A DNA stretch of 64,000 bases, from the NCBI GenBank assembly GCA_965178125.1, contig OZ237738.1, positions 930,001-994,000 on the forward strand, in the 5' to 3' direction. Source of the stretch: Bilabrum cf. latius (taxonomy: Eukaryota). The notes under the pieces are model-generated. The model searched no databases. It was not told where the DNA came from and was given only the letters and a program-made list of their open reading frames with translations. Shown piece after piece: positions 40,143-52,300 of the stretch; within the stretch, counting starts at the first letter, position 1, and each line of letters starts with the position of its first letter. The translations under genes were made by a program, and so were the position numbers.

Positions 40143-41819
40143 TCAGCCATCTATGAGGATCTGCGCCACCTTGGCCCTCGTCTCCATCACTGCAACGGGG
40201 TCCTTCTCGAAGTTCGTCGGGCCCTTCACCACCTCTTGCGCCAGCTGCGCCACCATGGCAGGGTTCTTCTTGGCAGCCAGCTTCAGCAGCTCCACGTCCT
40301 CAAGCCCGTCCCTAATGGTCTCGTACCGGATGGAGGAGATCGGGCCGTCCACGCCGGGCATGATGAACGATCCGTCGCCGTTCGCGAAGATGTCCTGACG
40401 CGGATACCAGATGAAGTTCGTCGGGTCCCACTGCAGCAGCCTGGGGTCGTTCTTGACGTTGCCGTCGGCCGGTGTGAGCGGGCGGGCGAACCCGTGCGGC
40501 AGCGGGTACGTCACGCCTACATCGTTCACGTAGCCGCTCACGAATGACGGATACGGGCCCCAGTTCCTCCATAGGTCAACGGCATAGTACAGCATGCCAG
40601 TGGCGTGGGTCTGCCACGACAGCCAGAAGAGCTGCCTGGCCTGCGCCAGCGGTCGCTCGATGAACGTGTTCAGATAGTCTCCATCTGATGGCTCGATGCA
40701 CCAGTACTGCCAGTACTCGTGACCCGCTGCCACCCACCGCTGCCGCATGGTTTCGTTGTGCAGCTAGTACTGCAGGACCCAGATGTCCACCGGGAGATCG
40801 TCAGGCATATCGGGCCAGTTGAGCACGGCCATCGTGCGCACCTCCGGATAGGCCTTCTTCATCGCTCCGAACAGCTGCCTCACCTAGGGCTCGCACGAGA
40901 TCGGATTCTCGTCGAAGCCGTACGCGATCAGCTTGTCCGACAGCCCCTTCGCCCGCATCGCCTCCACAGTGGGCTTCACCAGGGCCAGCATCGCGTCCAC
41001 GTACGCCTGCGAGTAGTTCGCGCACGACCCCTGCACGCCTCCCGTGTGCACGCGGCGGGGGGCCGGCTCTCCAGTGAGGGCCTGGGGCACGCTCTGCACG
41101 TCGATGAGGTTGAGGTGCCGGGCGCCAAGGGAAGCCAGTAGTTCCAGAGTGGCGGGGTCCCTGGGGTGAGACTGGTAGATCAAGTCTCCCGGCATGCGAT
41201 GGTCCTGGGTGAAGCGAGCCCACTGCTCCTGGACCGGCATGGGGGTTACGCTGGAGCCGTTGCCGTACAGCCTGTTGATGTCTCCGCCCTCTATACTTAT
41301 CTCGAATGAGTTACCGTACGCAGCAGGGTCCGAAGTTTGGGGAAGGAGGGCTGGAAGAACGACAACGTTGATTTGTATAGCTCCGACTCCATCTGCAAAC
41401 AGTTGCACAGGGTATTTCCCAGGCTATGCATTCGCCCATGGCTTAAATGATATCCAGAGAGCCTGGGGAGCACCAGACATAACTAGAAACGAGTAGTTGC
41501 CGCCGTTCGGTAGCGTGGATTCGGGCTCCAGCAAAGGCTCAGCATGCCATCCGGAGTTGCTACCGCCGTACCGCGATGTGTACTGCGTGTACACGAAGCC
41601 AACTCTAGCAACCTACATATCAAAGGCCTCGTTTGGCGCAGTGAAGTTCACAGTGGCAGTCCCAGTGGCAGATGGCTCAAACAGCAGCTAAACTGGCTCG
41701 GTTTCGTTCTAAAGGGCGTAAACGGTCGTTTCTGCTCCGATTCCGATGCCTGCACACGTATCATTGAGATGATATTTTAACAAAGTAGGAAGAACGCAAG
41801 CAGCCGCTAGAGCCACCAT
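40143..41819 (-). CDS. Secreted DUF4091/GH123-like glycoside hydrolase, paralog 2
   Basis: Colinear with paralog 1. In-frame TAGs at 40764, 40884 and 41688 align with Gln codons of paralog 1; ends in TGA. Confidence 0.75.
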
Positions 41820-41976
41820 GTTGGCAAGTGTGTTTACGAAAACAAGGCATGTAGATCCAATGCGGAACCATGGCTGCTCTGTTCGCGCGGCGCCTCTCGT
41901 GATGCAGCAGGGCAATCTGGCTGCACTGCTCTTGCCGCCCGAGAGAGACGAACACGTCTCTCTGCAGGTGCGGCAC

Positions 41977-44900
41977 ATGCAGATCTCTTCAGATACTCTT
42001 ACCAAGAGCGTGCGCGATGCTTTGGACGCAAGACTGAAGGTGGGAGAGTCGATGACGCGCGAACTTCAACTGCCGTTCCCTCTTCGATTTCACATGTTCT
42101 CGAACGATTCTGCCCGCCCTACTGTGTCTGCTGTCTTTTGCGCAGGGAGAATAGGCACCTTTTGAATACTTAGTCCTTAAGCTGCGACAGGCTTCTGTTG
42201 ACGGGACTCCTGCGCGCCTCCTGAAGGCCTTGACTGTATGTGCTCCCACGCTCGCTCAAGAGCCGGAGGTGTTCAAGCCAATCATCGATGAAGTTTTGAA
42301 TTCTCCAATGGCGCATTTGGTTGAAGGGGTCAGACACGCTAACACAGCGCAGTCGTTCGAGTAGGCGGCCCAAAAGGCCCGAGAAGCAATGCGTCCATTG
42401 CTGAACTTCCTTGCCGGCTTGGTATCTGTCAACTCCGCGCTGCTTCCCTCGGTATTCCACAGCATAGCGCAAAAACTGTTACCGCGAGAAGGAGATGGAT
42501 CAGAAGACAGCGATGATGAAGACAGTGAGGACGACGAGGATGAAAGCAATGCCAGCAACTCTGGTGCTGCCAACCCCGGCTCTGCTGCTCCTCATCTCAC
42601 CGTGCGGCGATTACGGCGGAGAGCACGGCCATGGGAGCGAGAGGAACCTCGAATTGAAGGACTATACGGCTGCACGCACAGCTTGCTGATGCTGGTCCCG
42701 ACTGGACTACCCGCCCTGTTCGAGGCCCTGCGCGCCTCCTTTCCTCATCGGCGGCACGGCGTGCACACTCACCGCGCGTACACCCGGCGCCTCTTGCGGC
42801 TTGCTCAAGCTCTTCCAGCACTTGAAGATAGACTGCTATCGATTGTGATAGACCGCATGGTAGACATAGACGTTGAAATTTCGATTCGGGACGTGGACGA
42901 GCAGGAGGAGGCCGCACGGGCTCGAGCTGGGTCTCACGACGGAACCGACGGCGGCGTCGCCGTCGCGCACATCGAGACGCTTGCAGACAAGCTCGACGTC
43001 ATGATCGAACTTGTGTTTCAGTACCTAGACGAGAAATGCGGGGCCGATGCAGGCGTGGCTGGAGTTGGATGCGCTGAGCAACACCTTCCCAACTCTGCCG
43101 TGGATCTGCCGGGTGCCTCGCAGCCCGGTGGTGCCGTGGTACCCGCCGGGGGAAGGCATTCGTCCCATTCTGGTAGCAGCACCAAGGGGGCGCAGGGCAA
43201 CCAGAAAGAGCTGCTGACTCGCCGCAGGAAGCATGCGCTTGCCCTCATCCTGGCAGTGTTTGAGCGGTCAGTCCTTCCGACGTACAAGAGCCGGTTTACG
43301 CAGTTTATCGTCTTTTATCTCTGCCGACTCTCCGCTTCCATGGCAGACACGTTTACTGGCAGGATGATCAACAATTTGAGGAACAGGACGCTTCCCATGG
43401 TGATCAGGGTAGCCTGCGCCAGCTACGTGGGTTCTTTCCTCGCTCGGGCCAAGTTCGTGGATGACTCCACGGTACGGTCTGCCCTGTTCTATCTGCTGGG
43501 TTACGCGCATAGGTTCTTGGACGAATCGGAATAGAGGCAGCTGGCGGAGTCTGCGCGCGCTGCCAATGCAACGGGCGGCGTGGGAGGCAGAATGAGAATC
43601 GGGCCTGACGGGGAATCCATTCGGGTGTCGCCGGGCGCGCGCGGAGGCAGTGGCCAGCGGCTCTACAGCCCGACCGTCTTCCTCGCGGTATGCCAAGCTT
43701 GCTTTTATATCGTTGCGTTCAGGGCGCGATCGCTGGCGCAGAGTCCAGAAGCTCTTGATTTTCTTCGTCAGCTGCGGTTCGGTCGTGTGGTGTCGAGCAG
43801 AGAGGACCCCCTGCGGAGGTGCCTCGATTCTGTGAGCCGAGAGTTCGTCCGTGTTGCCATCAATCTCCAGCTAGTCACCGACCGCGAAGTTAGGCAGAGC
43901 GTGGCAGGGCCGTCCTTGCTGGTTCTTCCCGAGGACTCTCTTGTGTCCGAAGACGATGATGACGATGACGATGAGGACAGCGACGGTGGAAGCTCAGGCT
44001 CTGGCGAAGGGAGTGACAGCGAGGATTCGGGGTCTGAAAACGATTCCTCTGATGACGAAGGTGAGGACGAAGGAAATAACAAGGCACATGGTTAGATCCA
44101 CCCTAGCAGGATCCAGCCCTAGAATGCCCAGCAAAGATCGGGTGTGCATGCTATGGGTCCGTAGCGGCAGGCCAGCATCACATCATCGCCTATCGTCCCG
44201 CTCGACATGGATGGTACCAGCACGGGATCGGGCGTGTCCAGACGGAGTGGCAGCTCAGGATCGGCTGGACAGGACGTCGCAGGCGGCGCGCTCATGCTTG
44301 GCCACGACGACCACCGGAGCGTGTCGGCTGCCCCGGCCCCTGGCAAAGATTCGGATATCGCCGTAAGGCTCATCTAGTTCAGGAGCGATAGTGGTAGCAG
44401 CATGGCCGCATCATCACGGGCTGAACTGCGCACTGAGCGATCCACCACGCCGACGGGCCGCGAGGCGGTGCGCAGCCATGGGGGCAACGGCGCCAGGTTG
44501 GGTATTGGGGGTAAGGGAGGCGCACCCGCACCGTCCTCGTCCTCGTCCATGGCATCGCAGACCTAGTCGCTTGAGCAGCTGAAAGAGTACTTCCCATTCG
44601 ATCCCTTCCGGCTGCGTCGATCCAGGCATTTCCTTAAGGGTCTCTACAGGAAGTGGGAAGACGTGGAGCTCAGGGACGAGGACCTGCCAGAGGACCTGAG
44701 GGAGGCGCTGTATGCCGGCATGGAGGATGCTGCCTCCCATGCGTACGCTTCGGATGAGGGCGGGATGGATGACGAGGACGAGGACGGGGAAGAGGACGAA
44801 ACGCCTCACCGGGGCGCGATGCATCGAAGAGGGTCGATCGGCAGCGCATCTAGCGCGGGAAGCGCTCGATCGAAGGGCCAGCACAGCCGGCGCATCCGGT

Positions 44901-46336
44901 CAGAAAGCATGGCAGGTGGCGTGGGGTTCTCGTTGCAGGAGGACGAGGAAGACCTGTCGGAATCCAGCGGAGGCACCCCTGTGGCTGCACGAGCTGCAGC
45001 AAAGGCGCTTGCAGAGGCACGCGGCAAGGGAACAGGACATGCCAGCGCCAGTGGCAGCGCTCGAGCAGACCGCCGCGCCGGCTCCCACGCGTCTCACAGC
45101 GGCGCCGAGAGCCTGTCAGCAGCGGAGCTGTCCGCCGACATGGCCAAGGAGGCGGAGGGCCTCGGCAGGGTGGGTCGCACCCTCGACCAGCTGGGTCACT
45201 CCCAGGCCACGTACACTGAAGCCATGCGGTCGAGGATTGCCGAGATGGGCGGGCTCGAGCACGTGGATCCTCTTAGCGACCTGGACTCCGGCGTCGCATC
45301 GGGGTCGGCCGCCGAAGACATGAACGGGGGCTCTCAAGGGCGTGCCGCGGCGAGCAGTGGGGGCGGCGAGGTCATGTACGAGCTAGGTGGGGCGGGTGTG
45401 ACTGTGGACGAGCTGGGGCTGGGGTCTCACTCCGCAGACAAGGCGGCCATGCTGAGTGCTCACTTAGAGGGCGTGACTGGGGGTGTCTTGCGGGCCGATG
45501 CGCGGGCTGGATAGGCTAGTGGCCGCTCCGCAGGCGGTGGGGCCACGAACAGGCAGCGCGTGGAGGAGCGGATGGCGAGGGCGGCGCGCAGGCAGCAGGT
45601 GGTGCGGCAGGCTCTCGCCGAGGAGGACTCGGATGGACGGAGCCTTGAGCCATCGCCGCTGCTAGGCCCCGCTGGTTCACCGCTGTCCATCCCGGCGGGG
45701 TCTCCGGGCCTGAAGGCCGGCTCAGCGGCGGCTTCGAGACACGGTGGCGGCGGGGGAGCTCTGCCCCCATTGAGGATCGAGGCGGCAGCAGCCGGCATGG
45801 CGAGGACAGAGGAGGGCGAAAGCGGATACCGCCGGGCGAGTATGACGGGCGCGTGGCCCTCTGGTGCGGCTGGGAGTAGCTCAGGAGCGATGGCATCGAG
45901 CAAGAACGGCGCGGTAAGCTCTGGTGCTGCTGCGGGCACCGCGTCATCGTCGGCTCATGTTGCAGCTGGAATGGGTTTGCATGTACCCGGCCGCATGGAG
46001 GCGGATGACGAGCTTGCGGTAGGGCTGAACCAAGGACACGCCTACCATGCCAGCAGCAAGGCTTCGGTCAAGTCGCACATCTCCGAGCCGCCGCCCATGC
46101 ATGAAATGGCGTGGCTGCTCTCAGCTTCCACCGTGGGAGCGAGCACAGGTGCGACGAGCAGGCACACGTCCGGTGCTGGAATTGATGGATAGGCTGTAAG
46201 GGTGCCGTCAAAGGCTGGTACAAAGAGGCCGAGGCCGGTGCCTGAAGCGAAAGCTAAGGAGAACGATGGAGTTTCGGACGCAGCAGGCAGATCGCCCGAG
46301 ATCAGGCAGAAGCAGAAGAGAGCTAGGAAGGATTGA
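41977..46336 (+). CDS. RRN3: RNA polymerase I transcription initiation factor RRN3; intron ~42040-42144; start uncertain
   Basis: Motifs DRMVDIDVEI, ADKLDVMI, LPTYKSRFTQFIVFY, ASYVGSFLARAKFV, CQACFYIVAFR and YFPFDPFRLRRSRHFLKGLYRKW lie in one frame across ~10 TAGs; ends in TGA. Confidence 0.85.
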
Positions 46337-46823
46337 TGCGTGACAATGGGCCGCTGATTGGATGACCTGATACACCCGTAGTCTTGCATCTTTGCATTGT
46401 CTTGGCTCAAAGAATCACCACATACAGCTCTGTTCATGTGTGACTCGGAGGCATCCCCAGGTCCGATCGGAGCAAAACACCTCGTGCAGCCGTTGCACGG
46501 CACACCTTGTCGAGTCTAAGGCAAAGTTGAGGCGCTTGAGGTGAGTCAAGGCCGGAACATAGCAGTGTTTTCGTTTGAGATCCATGCCCAGGACAATGAG
46601 TACAGCTGAACCCCTGCATGCGTCCGGTTCTTACACTGTCACAATGACGCGCCTTTTATGCCGAATTTCGACTTGAAGTAGCTATTATTGCACCCAAAAA
46701 AGCCTTACATAAAATTTATATGGTTATACATAGCTTGTCTGGCGGAATGGATCCTCGATGCACTTCTATCGTGATCTTTTTGGAATGGCACTGTGGATCC
46801 TTCTTCGCATACACCCTCACAGG

Positions 46824-49157
46824 ATGCAACTCACCACATCAGCAGCTCAAGTTTTGGCGGCTGGAGCCTTTATGGGCAGCATAGCTTTTGCTACGACGTG
46901 CGATATGGCAGGAGACTGGCTATTCGTTCCTGGGCCCGGGGTGGACAGCTCGAAGTTCTACTCAGCGGTTGACATCCCCGGGCCAGGGCATACCGGCAGC
47001 TTCAACTTCACCTTCGGGATTAGGCACGGCCCGCAAACGGTGCCAGGGTACATCGATGCAGACAACGCTGTCACCATTAAAGTTACCGACACGGACACGA
47101 TCAACGGGCAATTTGCTTCCAACTGCAGCTACATCAACTGGCAGCCGAGCAGCGGGAAGCAGCAGTACAATTTCGGCGCCGCGTGGTGCAGGGCATGGAC
47201 TCCTGGCTGCAACTACGTCAAGCCACCATACATGAAGGGCTTCGCTTTTTGGGGCACCTTTGGCGACTACATGGTGCTGCAGCAGGCCCCCCAGCAGGCC
47301 GCCGTGTACGGCATGGTCTTCGGATCGGACAAGCCTCAGGTGCAGGTCGAGGTGCAGGGGGACGATGGCACCAACTACATGGTAGACGCGGAGATCAACA
47401 CTGTGAACCAGCCGTTCGGACCTGGGTTCGAGTACCCATGGCCCTACCCAGGCCCTTTCACAACGTGGAAGGCCCTGCTGAAACCTCACGCGGCCGGTGG
47501 CAACTTCCGGATCACCTCCCGCTGCCTCAACTGCGTGGACAGAGACCCCATGTTCAACGCAGCTAACATCTCCAACGTGACCTTCGGAGACGTGTGGTAC
47601 TGCAGCGGGCAGTCCAACATGTGGCTCCCTGTGGGCCACAGCTTCGAGCGCAACAACACGGTAGATGCCATTCACGAGGGCCAGTACAACAACATCCGGA
47701 TCATGGCCGGCAACTCCGGAGACCAGTCCGATGGCATCTTTAACCCGTGGATGACCGCTGCACAGTCTGTTGTGGACCCCAAGGGCGGGGTGAACTATCC
47801 CCTCTTCCAATTCGGGGCAGCGTGCTGGTACTTTGCGCAGAAACTCGCCGACGAGCTGCAGAAGGCGGGCAAGTCCGTCCCCATCGGCCTGGCCGACACG
47901 GCTGTTGGCGGGCAGAGGATCGAGGAGTACATGGACAACACCACCATCAGCCAGTGCACGGACCGACTCGGGGAGAACATCCCCCAGTGGGACGGGCCCC
48001 TGTACGGCAAGCTGGTTGTGCCCTTCCTGGACATGACCGTCAAGGGGTTCCTCTGGTATCAGGGAGAGAACAACATGGGTGGCACCAAGGGCAACTCCAT
48101 CGCCAACGTGGGGTACGGCTGCGAGATGGTGCATCTCGTGTCTGCCTGGCGCAAGAACTGGAGCAAGGTGCCGGGCACCACGGACCCGGACGCTCCCTTT
48201 GGCATCGTCACCCTAGCATCGAGCGGCTCCGAGGGCGGGCCAAACATGGGTGCCATGCGCTGGGCGCAGACGGGGAATTACGGGGTGTTGCCCAACCCGC
48301 TCATCCCCAACAGCTTTGTGGCGCAGGCCTACGACCTGGACGACCCCTGGGGCCCCAATGCCGGACCGTGCTTCGAGTGGCAGTGCTGCGAGGCCTGGCA
48401 CGCCAAGCAGAACATGACCGCGTGCAACATTGGCACCAACAACAACCCCAAGATGTGCGACCTCGCATGCGCCGGCGCCGCTGACACTACCCCAGTTATG
48501 GGCGGGATCCACCCGCGGGACAAGAAGCCTGTGGGTGACCGCCTTGGGCTCGCTGCGTACAACACCGTGTACGGTGGACAGGGGCCAACCACTGGACCCA
48601 CGCTGTCGGGCTGCGCTGTGCAGGATGGCTCGCTGGTGGTGCAGTTCAACCAGACGATGCTAAAGGGAGACACCGTGATCATCCAGCCGTACAGCCAGAC
48701 CCTCAACATGTCCTACCTCGAGGTCATGACGGACCCCACCATCTTCTGCGTGGAGGTGCGCAAGAGGAACGAGTCATGCCGCTCCGACTGCGAGCTGTAC
48801 TGCCCAACCTGGGCGGGCGGGTCCTCCATCACCAACAACTCGGCGCTCAACGGACACGACTCCCAGGGCTGGCAGCCCCTCAACATCTCCATGGCCGGAA
48901 GCTCGGCCATCAAGGCAGACCTGTCGCCTCTGGGAGAGCAGCCACCTGTCGCCGTGAGGTACGCGTGGGGCCTGTCCGAGTGCTGCAATAAGACTGACCC
49001 CGACCTCTACGTCAAGTACCCCTGCGGACCCGCCCCTTGCCCGCTCATGCTGGGCTCCAAGTCATTCCCGGCCAACCCCTTCATCGCCAAGATCAAGGAC
49101 GGCAAGTGCGAGTGCATCGCGCCTCAGACCTGTGATGGGTCCGTGGGACATGCTTGA
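46824..49157 (+). CDS. Sialate O-acetylesterase-like (SASA/SGNH) secreted protein
   Basis: Motifs FGDVWYCSGQSNM, KGFLWYQGENN, IHPRDKKPVGDRL and PVAVRYAW; signal peptide; uninterrupted ORF ending in TGA. Confidence 0.88.
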   Translation: MQLTTSAAQVLAAGAFMGSIAFATTCDMAGDWLFVPGPGVDSSKFYSAVDIPGPGHTGSFNFTFGIRHGPQTVPGYIDADNAVTIKVTDTDTINGQFASNCSYINWQPSSGKQQYNFGAAWCRAWTPGCNYVKPPYMKGFAFWGTFGDYMVLQQAPQQAAVYGMVFGSDKPQVQVEVQGDDGTNYMVDAEINTVNQPFGPGFEYPWPYPGPFTTWKALLKPHAAGGNFRITSRCLNCVDRDPMFNAANISNVTFGDVWYCSGQSNMWLPVGHSFERNNTVDAIHEGQYNNIRIMAGNSGDQSDGIFNPWMTAAQSVVDPKGGVNYPLFQFGAACWYFAQKLADELQKAGKSVPIGLADTAVGGQRIEEYMDNTTISQCTDRLGENIPQWDGPLYGKLVVPFLDMTVKGFLWYQGENNMGGTKGNSIANVGYGCEMVHLVSAWRKNWSKVPGTTDPDAPFGIVTLASSGSEGGPNMGAMRWAQTGNYGVLPNPLIPNSFVAQAYDLDDPWGPNAGPCFEWQCCEAWHAKQNMTACNIGTNNNPKMCDLACAGAADTTPVMGGIHPRDKKPVGDRLGLAAYNTVYGGQGPTTGPTLSGCAVQDGSLVVQFNQTMLKGDTVIIQPYSQTLNMSYLEVMTDPTIFCVEVRKRNESCRSDCELYCPTWAGGSSITNNSALNGHDSQGWQPLNISMAGSSAIKADLSPLGEQPPVAVRYAWGLSECCNKTDPDLYVKYPCGPAPCPLMLGSKSFPANPFIAKIKDGKCECIAPQTCDGSVGHA

Positions 49158-49328
49158 GAAGGGTGCCGCTGTGCTGCGTGCTTTCGTGCATCTGGATCCC
49201 CGGAAAGCAGCATCCGGACTAGTGTGCTGCCTGGTCCGACTACATCGTGGATGCACTGCGTACTTTTGTTTGCAACTGACATGATGCTTCGCTTTTCAGT
49301 CGTCAATAGGTGCTCTCCAAGTCTGCTT

Positions 49329-52300
49329 TTACTATGCTGGTGCGAGTGCCACGGGAAAATGATCCAAGGCATGCCTTCTGGCTGCTTCCTGCATGGCATG
49401 GGCGAGTGCTCGGCCTTGCAGAGCCCATCCGGATCCTTCGTCAGTGTGTCGGGTGTTGCTCGTGGCGTCGTTCTAGGAAGGTCGCGCGAGGGCTTGCACC
49501 AGGCTATCGACAGCCTCCCGGCGGATTGACACCGTACCAGACTTCGCATTCTATTCCTTGCAATCTCCTGGCTGCCACCGTGACCAAGCGGAAGCTGTCG
49601 ATGTGTTCTCTAAGCCGACCGATAGTTGCCCTGGTCTGCACATTCCTTGCCGAGATAGCCACCTGCTCGAAGGATTGTCGGCAACGACAACACGGCCACC
49701 AGCGGTGCAGGTCTCAGCCACTAGCAGGCCATACCCCTCGTGCATCGCCATGGTTGCCACCGATGACGAGAAGCGCATGAGGGAGGGCAAAATGTAGTCG
49801 CCAGCAAGCATGGACTCGCCATCAATAAGGATTGAGCTTCCACAGCACTCCGTAGATTGCTTCTAGAGCATGCCTCCCACACCAGTTACATCACGCCCGA
49901 TGTATACAAGAGCATGATGCTACTGTGAACCCATCCGTGCATCACTACAGCTGCAGTGAGCCGCAGTGATTGCCTCACCAAGCTTGTAGCCCCTCTGGGG
50001 GCCAACTGCGAGCAAAAAACTGTCTCCAGCAGCCAATAGTTGCATCAGCTACTGCTCGGACTTGCGCGGGTTGCCGAACAAAGCTGCCGCAAAAGCTCCA
50101 ACTATTCGGCTAGCCGCGACGATCGGATCTGTAGAAAAGTGCCAGCGATTGGCAGAGTTCGAACCAACTATAACGACCGGTAGGGCATCGCTAGTGCGGG
50201 TAACATCGATCGGGAACTGAAATGCGTGCAGATCTGACGCCGTCGACGGTGAAGCGGTCAGCACGACAGAAGCGCTAGACAGAATGCTTCGCTTCGCTGT
50301 CACCTCGCAAGTGTCGTGACTCCAACAGAGTCGCTCGGGCGTATAGTCGTGGATAATCTGCACAGACGGCACTGGCTAAGACGGTGACTGAGGCTGCTGC
50401 TTGTGCCTGAGCGTAGTTAAGACAGCTGGCCAGGGGCCACCGCCATGGGACGCAGCTGCATAGTCAATTCCGTCTGACCCAGGACCCCATCTGACGCCGA
50501 AATGATTTCCACTGGATGCTGCCAGGTACAATGGGTCCAACCAATGCGGGTGCTGAGCAAATGGGAAGCCATCTAGGAATGATTTGTCTTTATTCTGAGG
50601 CAGCTTATCGAGCAGCAGATGCAAGCTCGATCCAGCTGGCAGCGTAGCAATGGCCAAGGGAATCGCGCTGCACCACACCCTTGATATTCCGCTAGAACAA
50701 CTGGAAGGGGAGGCCCCATGCTTGCTGAGGTATGGTCCGTTGCACGGCTGTGCAGAGCTATTGCTAGCACCTCCGAAAGGTACGCCCGAGTCATCAACGA
50801 CCCAACGCAAAGACCCGACGTCCTGCGCAACAGATGGACCTGACGATCGCTGAGCAGCCCGATCTCGTTGCAGCCCGAACAAAATACCCGGCTCTGTGTC
50901 TGAAGGCAGCGGGAGAATCGTGCCGAAATTGACGAGGGCTGCCATAGAAGCCGGGACAGCGACGGCAGCCGAATCGCACTGCAGCTTCTGTGGCGACGTC
51001 CATGGGAGCATCTCGTGTAGCACACCAAATGACTCATTCAGATGCGACTAGACCGATGCGGCAATCGCACATGTGTCTTGCAGCCCTATCGAACCAAACA
51101 GCGTCTCCAGTCCGTGAGCACTGGCACACAGACTCTTGCGGATGTCACTTAGGGGGCCACCAGTCTCATGGCCGTACCGTGTTGCCTTTTGTCTTATTTC
51201 ATTTAATGAAGCGTACACATGGTGCGTAAACTCGACGCCGTATCGGTGGAGCGACTCTTCTTGCGGCATGCATCTGGCTTGACTGGGCGATATGCCACGC
51301 GCTTCGTCCACTGCGTCCTGCAGGCTCACAGGCCCAGAGACAGTCCACCCTCGAGTTCGTCTCTAGCCACCTTCACAACGCTTCCATTGTTCGACTGCAA
51401 GGGCGGGAGGTGCGTGGTGCAGCCACACGGCATTCGCGTAGAGAGGCACGGCAAAGACCCTGGCCCACTCCTAGTGCCGACGGGTGCCCCAGCTCGTCTG
51501 CTCGTGCCAGCCACATGCCGCAGCGCTATCAGTGGTGCCATACCACTGCTGCAGCACAGAGCTGTTGCATTGATTCTACCTGGAAGTGGACGATATATGG
51601 TGGGAGAATCGCGCCAGCTAAAGCACTCTGGACCGCGGCACCGCCACTACTGCGTCCTGCTTGCCAGGGGTGCACTCGGGAACAATCACCTAGTGCGCAT
51701 GCACCATCGCACACCCCAAATGCCGTTTGTGTAGAGTCATTCCAAGCCTAGCAGCCGCAAACATCTTTGATGGGGACCATAGCTCGTCGGCATCGAGCTG
51801 CAGCAATGTGCATTGGCCGGTGGCGACCCCCCGAGCTCGCAAGGCATCTAGCGCGATCCACGTGCCGACGTTTGCCATCGTGCGCTTATCTGCCCACGCA
51901 CCAGACAATGAGCCGACTAAAGCACCCATCATTTGTAGCGCATCCACGGCAAGCTGCAAAAGTGCTGCTCGCAGTGCGCTGAACGCTGCTGCGTCACGGT
52001 GCTGCTTGTTGGCGGTCGCAGCCACAAGCCGGTCGAACTCCTCGATTGCAACAACAGGAGCGCAGAGACTCGGGGCCAGCCACCGCAGAGATGTCGGCAC
52101 AGATGTAGATACACCGCGGAGCCCGCGATCCCCGATGTGGCTACGTTGATCCCTGCCTTCACTGCCATGGCTAGTATCGGTGCTGCCACCGTGCTGCGAA
52201 TGCACTAGCACAAAACTGTAGCAGAATCGCTACAATACACGAGTGGCTTCGCTCGCAGACGGTCCACGTCCACTACCATAAAGAACGGCAGCGAGCCAGC

